A program made the translations under genes and the position numbers. The notes under the pieces are model-generated. The model searched no databases and had not been told where the DNA came from. It saw only the letters and a list, made by a program, of their open reading frames with translations. From Candidatus Caldarchaeales archaeon (GTDB lineage: Archaea > Thermoproteota > Nitrososphaeria_A > Caldarchaeales > Wolframiiraptoraceae), in contig JBCNVN010000004.1 in the NCBI GenBank assembly GCA_039630055.1, forward strand, positions 1-64,000: a stretch of DNA of 64,000 bases. Direction: 5' to 3'. Each line of letters begins with the position of its first letter. Position 1 is the first letter of the stretch. This document shows, piece after piece, positions 19,490 through 28,785 of the stretch.

Positions 19490-19591
19490 GAAACTATTCC
19501 ATAAATACATTAATTTATCTTCTTTAAATAATTCAACATCAGGAAGTTTATAAAATTATAAAATAAAAAATAGAAGATATGAGAAGATATT

Positions 19592-21037
19592 CTACTTGAC
19601 GAGTACTATACCATCTAGCTGGAAGTTGAGCTTTCCGAGAAGCCAATCATCTGTCGGCATAACTCCCGCCGGCTTAACAACTGTACCTTTTGGTGGTACA
19701 TCTAAACCTAGCTCAGGTATCGGCAGCCCTTCCCCACTACTGACTAGAGCATGTTCTGAGAATGGATCCCATGCACCGATAAGCATCTGCGTCCTCCTCG
19801 TCTCGATCATCTTCAATATATTCTCAGGGATCAAACGTTTGGCCTTCGGGCTTATGGCTTCAAGACCTATCTTGTTATCATTCTGAAGATCAACGGCAGG
19901 TAAGATCGTTTGTCCTGGGACAAATGGATTATCGGGTGGGAGAGAGATGTGATGATTCATTCCTAAGAAGATTAGTCTATCAGGATGCTTTGTACCTGCT
20001 AGATACTCCTTCAATATATGATAGAATAATACCTCCCATCTCGTATCAAATGAGACTGCTACTGTATCGGTAGTTCCCCAACCATAAAGCCCAACTATAT
20101 CAGAGTCTTTTCCAACGAACCATATCTTTCTTTCTTCAGCAACTTTGAGGGGTTCGACAGAGTCTGTGTAATGTGTGAGAACGTCGACTCCGAGATCAAC
20201 CAATGCATGTGAGACCTCTCTCTCCTTCGGTGGATCATACCACTCTCCAACGTATTTGATGTAAAGGGTAGCATCTGGATTAGCATCTTTTATCCCGAGA
20301 TTGAATGCCGCCATTCTTCTCCAATTCTGGACGCATGCTGGACCTACTGCAATTCCAATCTTGTTACTCTCAGTTATCGCTCCCGCAATCAATCCTTCTA
20401 GATACATTGCTTGATATTGTCTTATGAAGACTCTCAAGAAATTCCTTTGAGATGATATATCGCTTCCCACTATTCCGAGGAAATATACATCTGGATATTC
20501 TGGAGCTACTCTATGGAAAGATGGGACTGCTGCAGGCTCCCAGCTACCGAAAATAATGTTTGCTCCACCTACTGCTATCAAATCTTTAGCGGAAGAGATC
20601 GGGTCCTTACCCTTCAATACAACGCCTTCATCATATATATAATCAAACCATGGATAAAGTGTCTTCAACCTTTCTACTGCCTTTATCTGTCTACCATCCC
20701 ATGTCGAACCCTCTATATACCCACCTAGAACCATGCCCATGACAACCTTTAACCCCTTTGGAACCTCAGTTATCTTAGTCTCAGTACGCGTAACAGTACT
20801 AGTTACTGTAGTTGGTACAGTTACCGTAGTCGGTACAGTTACTGTGGCAGCGCCTACTGTGACTGTTCTTGTCTCCGTAAGAGTAGCAGGCGCCGCGGCG
20901 GTACTCCCTGCATAGTATCCTCCGACTCCTGCTACTATACCGGCGACGACTACTCCTGCAGCAACTTTTCCAGCTGTTGAGATAGCTTTCCTACGGGAAA
21001 GTTTTCTTAGTAATATTCTATCATCGCCTTCCTTCAT
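19592..21037 (-). CDS. BMP-family (nucleoside/nucleobase) substrate-binding protein with twin-arginine leader and Thr/Val-rich linker
   Basis: SRRKAI plus hydrophobic segment, TVTVPT repeats, YLEGLIAG..T..NKIG, AFNLG...NPDA, WYDP.KE. Confidence 0.8.
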   Translation of the reverse strand: MKEGDDRILLRKLSRRKAISTAGKVAAGVVVAGIVAGVGGYYAGSTAAAPATLTETRTVTVGAATVTVPTTVTVPTTVTSTVTRTETKITEVPKGLKVVMGMVLGGYIEGSTWDGRQIKAVERLKTLYPWFDYIYDEGVVLKGKDPISSAKDLIAVGGANIIFGSWEPAAVPSFHRVAPEYPDVYFLGIVGSDISSQRNFLRVFIRQYQAMYLEGLIAGAITESNKIGIAVGPACVQNWRRMAAFNLGIKDANPDATLYIKYVGEWYDPPKEREVSHALVDLGVDVLTHYTDSVEPLKVAEERKIWFVGKDSDIVGLYGWGTTDTVAVSFDTRWEVLFYHILKEYLAGTKHPDRLIFLGMNHHISLPPDNPFVPGQTILPAVDLQNDNKIGLEAISPKAKRLIPENILKMIETRRTQMLIGAWDPFSEHALVSSGEGLPIPELGLDVPPKGTVVKPAGVMPTDDWLLGKLNFQLDGIVLVK

Positions 21038-21278
21038 GACCTTTATTAAAGATGATGGGTAATATAAACGTTAACCATACATATTGTGATTTTTTCCCCT
21101 AGAAAACCCTTTCTTTAAACTCTATCTCTAACATGTCTATAGTTATGGAGTTAGAATTAGTAAGATGCAAAGATAATAAATACAGTTTTAGATACTATAA
21201 AGAGACCTGAAGATACAGGCTTTATCTTAGAAATAATTATTTTTATATTAATTTCATGGTATTTTGGAAGCTAGAAGT

Positions 21279-22094
21279 TTACTTTTCGTTTGCGAAAGCT
21301 ACTATTCTAGCAAAGGCAGATTCGCCATCTTGGAACTTGAATGGGAAGGCTCCTATTATACATCTTCTATTGACTACTTTGCTTATCTCTCCACCCAGGT
21401 TCTCAGCATGTAGCACCATGTCAGGGAAAAGTTCAAGATGCATCAACTGGTAGTTCTTAGGCCATGGCAGTACCTCATCTATCTTCTTCCCCCACTTCTT
21501 CTCAGCTTCAGCCACCAGGTCAGGCCTAGCTCTCCTGATAACTGTGTTGAGAGGATGGTCTGCAGACATTGCATCTACACCTATCCATTTTATCTTCATA
21601 TCTATACACCATCTTGCAAAGCTCTCATCGGGACCTGGATGCTTCACCATATATCTAACTTCATCTGGCTCTGTTCCACACCAAGCATACTTATGATATC
21701 CAGTATGTATTATGAGAATATCTCCCTTTTTGACCTCTATGCCTCCTTCTTTGGCAGCCTTCTTTATGGTCTCCGATGTATAGATATCGTAGTCTCCTAC
21801 GTAAGGAGATATATCTACTATTACTCCTTCTCCTACGAGATAGTCTTCGAGGGGGAGGCTTGCTATATCTTTTCCACCCGTTACGAAGTGCATTTGGCTA
21901 TCGAAGTGAGTCCCAAAGTGTAGTGAGGTCTCTATATATTGTGCGTTTACACCATGTTCTCCAAGCGTCTTTATCCAGTAGACCTTCATAGGTGGATACC
22001 ACATGAAGGGTGGTTGCTTCCAGCTCGTCGGTTGAGATAAGTCGTAAATCCTAACCCTGCTCCAATCTACTATCTTACTCCAATCCAAAACCAT
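21279..22094 (-). CDS. Cyclase-family metal-dependent amidohydrolase (kynurenine formamidase-like fold)
   Basis: HFGTHFD...H, GDILIIHTG, GVDAMSAD, ENL motifs. Confidence 0.85.
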   Translation of the reverse strand: MVLDWSKIVDWSRVRIYDLSQPTSWKQPPFMWYPPMKVYWIKTLGEHGVNAQYIETSLHFGTHFDSQMHFVTGGKDIASLPLEDYLVGEGVIVDISPYVGDYDIYTSETIKKAAKEGGIEVKKGDILIIHTGYHKYAWCGTEPDEVRYMVKHPGPDESFARWCIDMKIKWIGVDAMSADHPLNTVIRRARPDLVAEAEKKWGKKIDEVLPWPKNYQLMHLELFPDMVLHAENLGGEISKVVNRRCIIGAFPFKFQDGESAFARIVAFANEK

Positions 22095-22191
22095 TCGAGA
22101 TCACAAAATACTTTACACTCTACATAATATAAATCTATTTTTTATACAGATAGAATAAAGTAGAAATAGTGAAGACAGGGTAAGTTATGTG

Positions 22192-22210
22192 AATCTCACA
22201 TGTTGAGATT
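22192..22210. promoter_or_regulatory. Inverted repeat in the divergent cyclase/coxG promoter region
   Basis: AATCTCA-catgt-TGAGATT, just upstream of a TATA-like CTTAAAA before coxG. Confidence 0.4.
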
Positions 22211-22248
22211 TGATTAAACTTAAAATCAACGATGAGTTTTATTAAAAC

Positions 22249-22698
22249 ATGAAGTTTGAAGGTAAACTAAATTTGAGATCTCGGAGAGAGGATGTCTGGA
22301 ACTTTATATCAGAACCTGCTAAAGTTATTGAATGTGTCCCAGGCGTCGAAGAATACTCTCTCTCTGAAGGTAAGAGGATAACAGCAAGAGTTAAAGTATC
22401 TATCGGATTTATTAAAGGAACTTTCCATACCTCTAGCAGTGTAGTTGAAGAAGACCATAGTAACTATACCGCCAAGTTGAAATTAGGTGGTTCAGGTGCA
22501 GGAAGCGGTTTTGATGCTTTAGTAGACATAAAGCTAAACGATATAGATGGTGGTACTGAGATGGTCTGGAAGGCTGATGTAAATGTTTCAGGACCACTAG
22601 GAAGCTTAGCTAAACCTATGCTAGAAGGTTATGTAAAAAAGCTTGTAGATCAGCTTTTCGACTGTATTAAACAGAGAGTTGTAAGCTCAAGTATTTAA
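22249..22698 (+). CDS. coxG: CoxG/SRPBCC-family accessory protein
   Basis: VWNFISEP....CVPG, KVSIGFIKG; directly precedes the Mo-hydroxylase operon. Confidence 0.8.
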   Translation: MKFEGKLNLRSRREDVWNFISEPAKVIECVPGVEEYSLSEGKRITARVKVSIGFIKGTFHTSSSVVEEDHSNYTAKLKLGGSGAGSGFDALVDIKLNDIDGGTEMVWKADVNVSGPLGSLAKPMLEGYVKKLVDQLFDCIKQRVVSSSI

Positions 22699-22752
22699 GA
22701 AATAGATTTAAGTAAGGCTAGGTTTTTATCACGATGCAGGAGGAGAAAAAAA

Positions 22753-25149
22753 TTGTCCTACAAGTATATTGGAAAACCCATTCCCCCTCAAGATGCATTC
22801 TATAAAGTTACTGGAACCGCCCAATATACTCTAGATATAGACCTTCCAGGAATGCTTTATTCTAAACTAGTTACCAGCACCGTACCCCATGCGAAGATAA
22901 AGAGGATTGATATAAGTAAGGCTGAAAAAGTTCCAGGAGTAGTCAAAGTCGTAGTAGGAAGAGATTTCCCTTACAGAGTTGGGATGTATGCTGGAGATAG
23001 AGATCTTCTAGCGATTGATAAGGTTAGATGGGTTGGCCACCCAGTAGCAGCCGTTATTGCAGAAGATCTAGAGGCTGCCGAGAAAGCAATAGATCTTGTT
23101 GATGTAGAATATGAAGAGCTGCCAGCAGTATTCGATCCATTAGAAGCTCTTAGACCTGATGCACCTTTAATCCATGAGAAGATGGAAGAATATAGACATT
23201 CTCCTGCGTTTAGACCCATACCTGGAACGAATATTGCAAATAAGTTCACGTTAGTTAAAGGTGATGTGGAGAAGGGTTTCAGAGAAGCGGACATAGTAAT
23301 CGAGGGACAATTTTACATACCTCATGTAAGTCATTCATACATGGAGGTTCAAAACGTTATTGCACATTATCATTTAGACGGAACCATAGAGATATGGACA
23401 AGCTGGCAGAATGTTGCTCCTATCAGGCAGATCATGGCCCTATCTCTAGGAATACCACACAACAAGATTATAGTTAGGATCCCTTATGTTGGAGGAGGGT
23501 TTGGAGGTAAAGCTGGTCTAGGATGGGAAGCTCTAGTGGCCATACTCTCTAAAGAGGCTGGATACAGACCTGTAAAACTTATCTTATCAAGAAGAGAACA
23601 GTTTACATCAGCTGCAGTTAGAGAAGGATTCTACGGATTTGCTAAAGCTGGATTCAAGAAAGATGGCAAGTTTATCGCTTACGATGTTAAATTCATATTA
23701 GATGCTGGAGCATACGGAGACTACACTGTTAACGTTGGTAGAGCAGTCGGCTACTCTGCTGATGGAAGCTACGAGATACCTAACATCAAAGTTGAATCTC
23801 TAACTGTTTACACGAATAAGATACCTACAACAGCTCTAAGAGGCTTTGGGTACCCTGAAAGCCACTGGGTTCTCGAACAGATTATGGATAGAGCAGCACA
23901 GAAGATCGGCTTGGATCCTGCAGAGATCAGGAGGATCAATCTAGTCAAGCCAGGTGTATCGGAGACGTGTACAGGTGAGAGGCTTAGAGAAGATGTTGGA
24001 GATCCTCAGAAAGTATTACAAACTTTACTAGAGGGGATAGAATGGGATAAGCCGATCGAAAGTCTGAAAGAACCATGGAGGATAAGGTCTAAAGGTTTAG
24101 CCCTATTCGTTAAAGGTCCAGCTCAGCCTCCGAATGCTTCCGCCTCGGCCATCTTAAAGTTTAATGAAGATGCTAGCGTAGACCTATTAGTCTCTACCGG
24201 TAACTTTGGGCAGGGAACTGTAACCGCTTTGATCCAGATCGTTGCAGAAGAGTTTGGACTACCATTAGAGAAGGTGAGGGTAGATTATATTAGAGATACC
24301 CATAAATCGGCTTATACTTGGCAGACTGTGGGAAGTAGAGGATTGTTCACAGATGGCATAGCTGTCTTGAGAGCTGTTGAAGATGCTAAGAAACAGATAT
24401 TCAAAGTGGCCTCTGAAGTCTTGAGGTGTCCAGAAGAACATCTTGAACTTGTAGATGGAGAAGTAAGAGTAAAGGGGAGACCATGGGAGAGGATACCTCT
24501 AAAAGATATAGTGATGGGCTATACTTATCCTAACGGCAACTCTATTGGAGGTCCGGTAATAGGTAGAGGCGTATTCATGTCCACCCATACCACATATCTC
24601 GATCCTGAAACAGGACAAGGAAATCCGACGATATTCCATACTTTTGGAGGTACAGCAGTAGAGGTTGAAATAAACTTGCTCACAGGAGAAGTCGAGGTGT
24701 TAAAGGCGGTACAGGTACTCGACCTGGGAAGAGTGATTAACCCACTACTAGTCAAACAACAGGTAAATGGAGGACTTCTAATGGGTTTAAGCATAGGATT
24801 ATATGAGCAGATAAAATTCGATGAGAGAGGATGGGTTATAAATCCCAACTTTACAAATTACTACCTAGTAAGAATAAAGGATATTCCTAGAGAAGTTATT
24901 AGAAAGTTTATTGAAACACCCCAGCTGGACGGTCCATATGGGGCGAGAGGGATCGGTGAGTTAACAATGATAGGGGTTGCTCCTGCTATAGCGAATGCAA
25001 TATTTAGAGCAACAGGTGTAAAAATAGATCGGCTTCCATTAAATCCGGAAAATGTTTGGAAGGCTCTCAATGAGCAGAGACCCGACCTAGTTAGTGAAGC
25101 TATGAATAAGTTTCTAAAATTGGAAGAGAAGGTAGAGGTGAGAATTTGA
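22753..25149 (+). CDS. Xanthine-dehydrogenase-family molybdopterin subunit (L), paralog 1
   Basis: KVTGTAQY, GGGFGGK, ALRGFG, QTVGSR, GARGIGE. Confidence 0.92.
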   Translation: MSYKYIGKPIPPQDAFYKVTGTAQYTLDIDLPGMLYSKLVTSTVPHAKIKRIDISKAEKVPGVVKVVVGRDFPYRVGMYAGDRDLLAIDKVRWVGHPVAAVIAEDLEAAEKAIDLVDVEYEELPAVFDPLEALRPDAPLIHEKMEEYRHSPAFRPIPGTNIANKFTLVKGDVEKGFREADIVIEGQFYIPHVSHSYMEVQNVIAHYHLDGTIEIWTSWQNVAPIRQIMALSLGIPHNKIIVRIPYVGGGFGGKAGLGWEALVAILSKEAGYRPVKLILSRREQFTSAAVREGFYGFAKAGFKKDGKFIAYDVKFILDAGAYGDYTVNVGRAVGYSADGSYEIPNIKVESLTVYTNKIPTTALRGFGYPESHWVLEQIMDRAAQKIGLDPAEIRRINLVKPGVSETCTGERLREDVGDPQKVLQTLLEGIEWDKPIESLKEPWRIRSKGLALFVKGPAQPPNASASAILKFNEDASVDLLVSTGNFGQGTVTALIQIVAEEFGLPLEKVRVDYIRDTHKSAYTWQTVGSRGLFTDGIAVLRAVEDAKKQIFKVASEVLRCPEEHLELVDGEVRVKGRPWERIPLKDIVMGYTYPNGNSIGGPVIGRGVFMSTHTTYLDPETGQGNPTIFHTFGGTAVEVEINLLTGEVEVLKAVQVLDLGRVINPLLVKQQVNGGLLMGLSIGLYEQIKFDERGWVINPNFTNYYLVRIKDIPREVIRKFIETPQLDGPYGARGIGELTMIGVAPAIANAIFRATGVKIDRLPLNPENVWKALNEQRPDLVSEAMNKFLKLEEKVEVRI

Positions 25150-26024
25150 GCTTCGGTTCTCCATACTTTACTCTACCGGAGTTTACCTATCATAAACCGA
25201 AGACTCTCAGTGAGGTCCTTGAGCTATTAGAGAGATATGGTGATGAAGCAAAGATCTTAGCTGGTGGAGTAGGCTTAATACCGTTTATGAAAGAAAGGCT
25301 TATCTCCCCTACACATGTCATAGATATAAAAGAGATATCTGAGTTGAAAAAACTTGAATATAGAAGAGGGGAAGGATTAACTATTGGCGCCACTATCACA
25401 TTCTCAGAGCTAGAATCATATCAGATAGTTAGGGAGAAGTACAAAGCTTTGTATCAAGCGGTAAAAATAGCTTCAGACAGTATAATAAGAAATAGAGCTA
25501 CATTGGTAGGAAATATATGCGAGGCTATACCATGGGTTGATGGCCCACCTCCATTAATAGCCTATGATGCTGAAGTCGAGATTAGAAGCTTGGATAAGGT
25601 TAGAAGAGTGTTAGTCGCAGACTTCATTAAAGGCCCAGTAGAGACCGATCTAAAACCTGGAGAGATCGTTACCTCTATAAAGATACCTGATATACCTGAT
25701 GATGCAAGAAGTGGATTCATAAAATTTAACACAGGATCGGAGTTCGCTCTAGCAACTATCTCTGCTTATTTGGTGATGAAGAAGGAGAAGAGAGATGTGA
25801 GGCTAGTCTATGGAGCCATCTCTACTAAACCTATAAGAGCTTTTGAAGCTGAGAAAATCCTTCAAGGCGAAGACGACATAAGAAATCTTATACGTTTAGC
25901 AGCTGTAAAGGCTTCTGAGGAGGTTGAAGTCGTCTCAGACGTACTGGCTTCTGAAGAATATAGAAGACATCTCGTCAAAGTACTTACCATGAAGATTTTG
26001 ATGGATTTGGTGGAGGATGATTAA
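25146..26024 (+). CDS. Xanthine-dehydrogenase-family FAD subunit (M), paralog 1
   Basis: AKILAGG, IRNRATLVGN, SEEYRRHL. Confidence 0.9.
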   Translation: MSFGSPYFTLPEFTYHKPKTLSEVLELLERYGDEAKILAGGVGLIPFMKERLISPTHVIDIKEISELKKLEYRRGEGLTIGATITFSELESYQIVREKYKALYQAVKIASDSIIRNRATLVGNICEAIPWVDGPPPLIAYDAEVEIRSLDKVRRVLVADFIKGPVETDLKPGEIVTSIKIPDIPDDARSGFIKFNTGSEFALATISAYLVMKKEKRDVRLVYGAISTKPIRAFEAEKILQGEDDIRNLIRLAAVKASEEVEVVSDVLASEEYRRHLVKVLTMKILMDLVEDD

Positions 26025-26026
26025 GG

Positions 26027-26515
26027 ATGGTTCGAAGAATAAATCTAAAAGTAAATGGATATAGAAGAAGCGTTGAAGTAAAAGATAATGAACTGCTTCT
26101 AGATGTATTAAGAGATAAACTGAAGATAAAGGGTTTGAAGCCAGCTTGCTGGCGTGGTGAATGCGGTCTATGCACAGTTATACTGAATGGAAAACTTGTA
26201 AAGTCTTGTCTTGTTCTTGCTGTTGAGGTTGATGGTTCTGAGATTGTTACCGTTGAGGGTTTGGCTAGGGATGGTGAGCTAACACCATTACAGAGAGCAT
26301 TCATAGAGCATGGAGCACTACAATGCGGATTCTGTACACCAGCGTTCGTCCTCGCCTCCCATCAACTGCTACTCGAAAATCCCGATCCATCCGATGAAGA
26401 GATAAAAGAGAGATTAAGCGGAATACTCTGTAGATGCGGTACATATTATGAGATTATAGAGGCGATTAAGAGTGCATCAAAGTATTATCGAAAAGATGTT
26501 ACTGATCGGTCATAA
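26027..26515 (+). CDS. Xanthine-dehydrogenase-family 2x[2Fe-2S] subunit (S), paralog 1
   Basis: C..GECGLC..SC and QCGFC..CRC. Confidence 0.92.
   Translation: MVRRINLKVNGYRRSVEVKDNELLLDVLRDKLKIKGLKPACWRGECGLCTVILNGKLVKSCLVLAVEVDGSEIVTVEGLARDGELTPLQRAFIEHGALQCGFCTPAFVLASHQLLLENPDPSDEEIKERLSGILCRCGTYYEIIEAIKSASKYYRKDVTDRS
26197..26347 (+). repeat. 151-bp perfect inverted repeat, copy A (inside S subunit 1)
   Basis: Base-by-base identical to the reverse complement of 38876-39026. Confidence 0.95.
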
Positions 26516-26683
26516 GATCTTATCCAATTTTTCTTTTAATTTCTTCTCTAGACTTGGAGGCGGCTGCCAATTTACTTGGACCACTCTTACCCCCTGGTCT
26601 CTTAGAGAGAGATAGAATATCTCTAAACCAATGTTTACTGCTTTAATCTCTCCCTTAAATAGATTTAATATTTTCTCACTCAT
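26510..26683 (-). CDS. 57-aa stand-alone FdrA C-terminal domain protein (below the ORF-track cutoff)
   Basis: MSEKILNLFKGEIKAVNIGLEIFYLSLRDQGVRVVQVNWQPPPSLEKKLKEKLDKIL; NIGL..F...L...VV...W.P matches the tail of bacterial FdrA; starts 12 nt after the fdrA stop. Confidence 0.75.
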   Translation of the reverse strand: MSEKILNLFKGEIKAVNIGLEIFYLSLRDQGVRVVQVNWQPPPSLEKKLKEKLDKIL

Positions 26684-26694
26684 CTTTTATCCCC

Positions 26695-28332
26695 CTATAC
26701 TTCTATGAACTCTCTGAAAACCCTCTTCAACTTTTCATCAGATATCCTACAATGTTTTGCTATTATAGCCGATGTAAAAGCCATCAAGGCATTCGTTGGA
26801 AAGACCAGTACACCCAAATTCTTCAACTTCTCTTCTTGTACCATTGAGTTCTGAGGATCTGCCTCTGTACCACACACATGTCCTAGAATAACTATCTGCC
26901 TAGAGTCTTTCTCAGCTATCTTCCTAGCCTCAATTATAGAGTCCTGCATTGCTCCAACTGGGTCTGGATGAGCACCATAACCTAGAACAAAGTCTAAGGT
27001 TATTACTGCAACTTCAGGATCTTTCGCCTCTTCTATCAATCTTATCTTTCTTATTGTTGGGTCGATCATCGGATGGGGTCTACCGGCTGTAAACTCTTCC
27101 TCACCAAGATCTACTACTGTGTGCATTCGGCTCTTGTAAGAGTCTTCTAGCTTATACTTTAAGTCTAGAGGAGCATTACTGTATACATCTTTACCTATAA
27201 GTTCACGATATATTAGAAGCGATTCATACATTAGTGTTCCTCCAGTGTAGAGTGCTCTCAAATATCTCTGATCTGCTTTCAAATTCTTTGAAAGGTTTCT
27301 ACAGAGTTTCTTTAACTCGGATAGCTTTAGAGAGATCTTTGATCTAGCTTCTCTGTATTTCTCTGGACTGTTCATTTTGACCATGTCTAATACTGCTAAT
27401 TGGAGGCTTCTAACTGAATGTATCCTTTTAGCTAATTTCTTTGGAGGAATATACTTTCTAGTCCCCAGGAAACATAAGACGAATGGTTTCCTAGTCTCTC
27501 CCTCAATAAATTGGATGATCTTCTTTAGTACAGAAGAATCTGGAGGCTTTGAAATAACCATTATAGATTTTGTATCTTCATCTGCTTCGAGAGCCTTAAT
27601 ACAATCTATAGTCATTATTCCTCCCACTGCCTCCTTTACATCATTTCCACCTACACCGAGACCTTGTGAGATCCCTAGACCAACCTTATCTAAGAGCACG
27701 CTAACTTCTTGAAGTCCGGTTCCGGCTGCTGCAACCACACCGATAGGACCAGTTCTAACTTTGTTAGCGAAGGCTATGGCTTTACCGTTTATGATCGATG
27801 TTCCCGCTCCAGGTCCTAGAACCAGTAAGCCTCTCTCACTAGCATACTTCTTTAATTCTACTTCATCTTCTATTGGAACATGGTCACTAAACAGATGAAT
27901 ATGTATATTTTTCTCAAGTATTTTTAGGGCTAATTCTTTAACGTACTGACCAGGTATAGAGATTACTGCTAGATTGACGTCTGGCATGTCTTCCAATGCG
28001 GAATCAAGAGAAAAGTATGTCTTCTCTATAGATGGTTGGAGGCTGATAGAGGGCTTAGTCAACATGTCTTCTATATTTGAGATTATATTTGGAAGGAGGT
28101 TTTCATCTCTCGCTTTAATGGCTAATACTAGATCGTTAGGTGTGGCCGCTCTCCCCTCATCTGTTAGAAGACCCAACCTTTCCAAGATTTCCTTGTTTGT
28201 GCTAGTCCCCATTACTAGAGCTGCATCAACCACTCCATCTATCTTCTTAACCTCTTCAGATAACTGCATCAGCTGCAATGAATCTCTGAAGAAATTCTCC
28301 TTAACTACATTCTTTACGACATCCATGATCAA
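26695..28332 (-). CDS. fdrA: FdrA (AllF)-like succinyl-CoA-synthetase-related protein
   Basis: FRDSLQLM, ISIPG, FSDHV..EDE..LK, LGPGAGT, AAGTGLQEV, ISKPP, GRPHPMIDP, VCGT..DPQ. Confidence 0.88.
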   Translation of the reverse strand: MIMDVVKNVVKENFFRDSLQLMQLSEEVKKIDGVVDAALVMGTSTNKEILERLGLLTDEGRAATPNDLVLAIKARDENLLPNIISNIEDMLTKPSISLQPSIEKTYFSLDSALEDMPDVNLAVISIPGQYVKELALKILEKNIHIHLFSDHVPIEDEVELKKYASERGLLVLGPGAGTSIINGKAIAFANKVRTGPIGVVAAAGTGLQEVSVLLDKVGLGISQGLGVGGNDVKEAVGGIMTIDCIKALEADEDTKSIMVISKPPDSSVLKKIIQFIEGETRKPFVLCFLGTRKYIPPKKLAKRIHSVRSLQLAVLDMVKMNSPEKYREARSKISLKLSELKKLCRNLSKNLKADQRYLRALYTGGTLMYESLLIYRELIGKDVYSNAPLDLKYKLEDSYKSRMHTVVDLGEEEFTAGRPHPMIDPTIRKIRLIEEAKDPEVAVITLDFVLGYGAHPDPVGAMQDSIIEARKIAEKDSRQIVILGHVCGTEADPQNSMVQEEKLKNLGVLVFPTNALMAFTSAIIAKHCRISDEKLKRVFREFIEV

Positions 28333-28444
28333 TCGTCTTAGATTGGATTACGCTATGGAATAAATATTTCTAAGACATAGTCTTAATTCAGATCCCATTT
28401 ACATGAGATATAAAGTCTTTTAACTCTAGAAGAATGATGAGGGC

Positions 28445-28738
28445 CTATCCTCCACCTATGATCTCTACCAAGTCTATTACGTCAATCGATATACTGTCAT
28501 TCTCTCTGAGCGGTGTCTCAACCCCCTTCAAAAGCTTGATACTATGCCCATTAACCAAGACCATTAAATTATCCCTCAACCTACCTTCATGATACAATGT
28601 CTTCGTAAAATCTTCTCCCAAGATTCTTGAAATATCTTCTATCAGCTCTCTAACATTTTTGGGGGTCTTGTCCAGTATGATCTCATCCCGGTTAGCAATC
28701 TCTTTTAATCTAGAGTATAATCTAACTCTAATACCCAT
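28445..28738 (-). CDS. MoaD/ThiS/SAMP-like ubiquitin-fold protein
   Basis: VRLY..LKEI, VLVNG.SI, TPLREND, C-terminal GGG; start moved to Met32 of the ORF-track frame. Confidence 0.8.
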   Translation of the reverse strand: MGIRVRLYSRLKEIANRDEIILDKTPKNVRELIEDISRILGEDFTKTLYHEGRLRDNLMVLVNGHSIKLLKGVETPLRENDSISIDVIDLVEIIGGG

Positions 28739-28785
28739 CTCATATTTTTGATATAGATGACCAGCATAAATATTTTCTATCGCTA

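Noticed and set aside
20790-20880. Tandem repeat or CRISPR-like array
   Set aside because: Degenerate coding repeat for the Thr/Val linker; no CRISPR array or cas gene was seen in the window
25984-26304. Apparently duplicated small ORF (same N-terminus as 38919-39203)
   Set aside because: Only the antisense reading of the 151-bp repeat inside the Fe-S subunit genes
22249-26515. Aerobic CO dehydrogenase (CoxG + LMS)
   Set aside because: Neither L subunit has the form I AYxCSFR or the form II AYRGAGR loop; they have ALRGFG and AFRGFG
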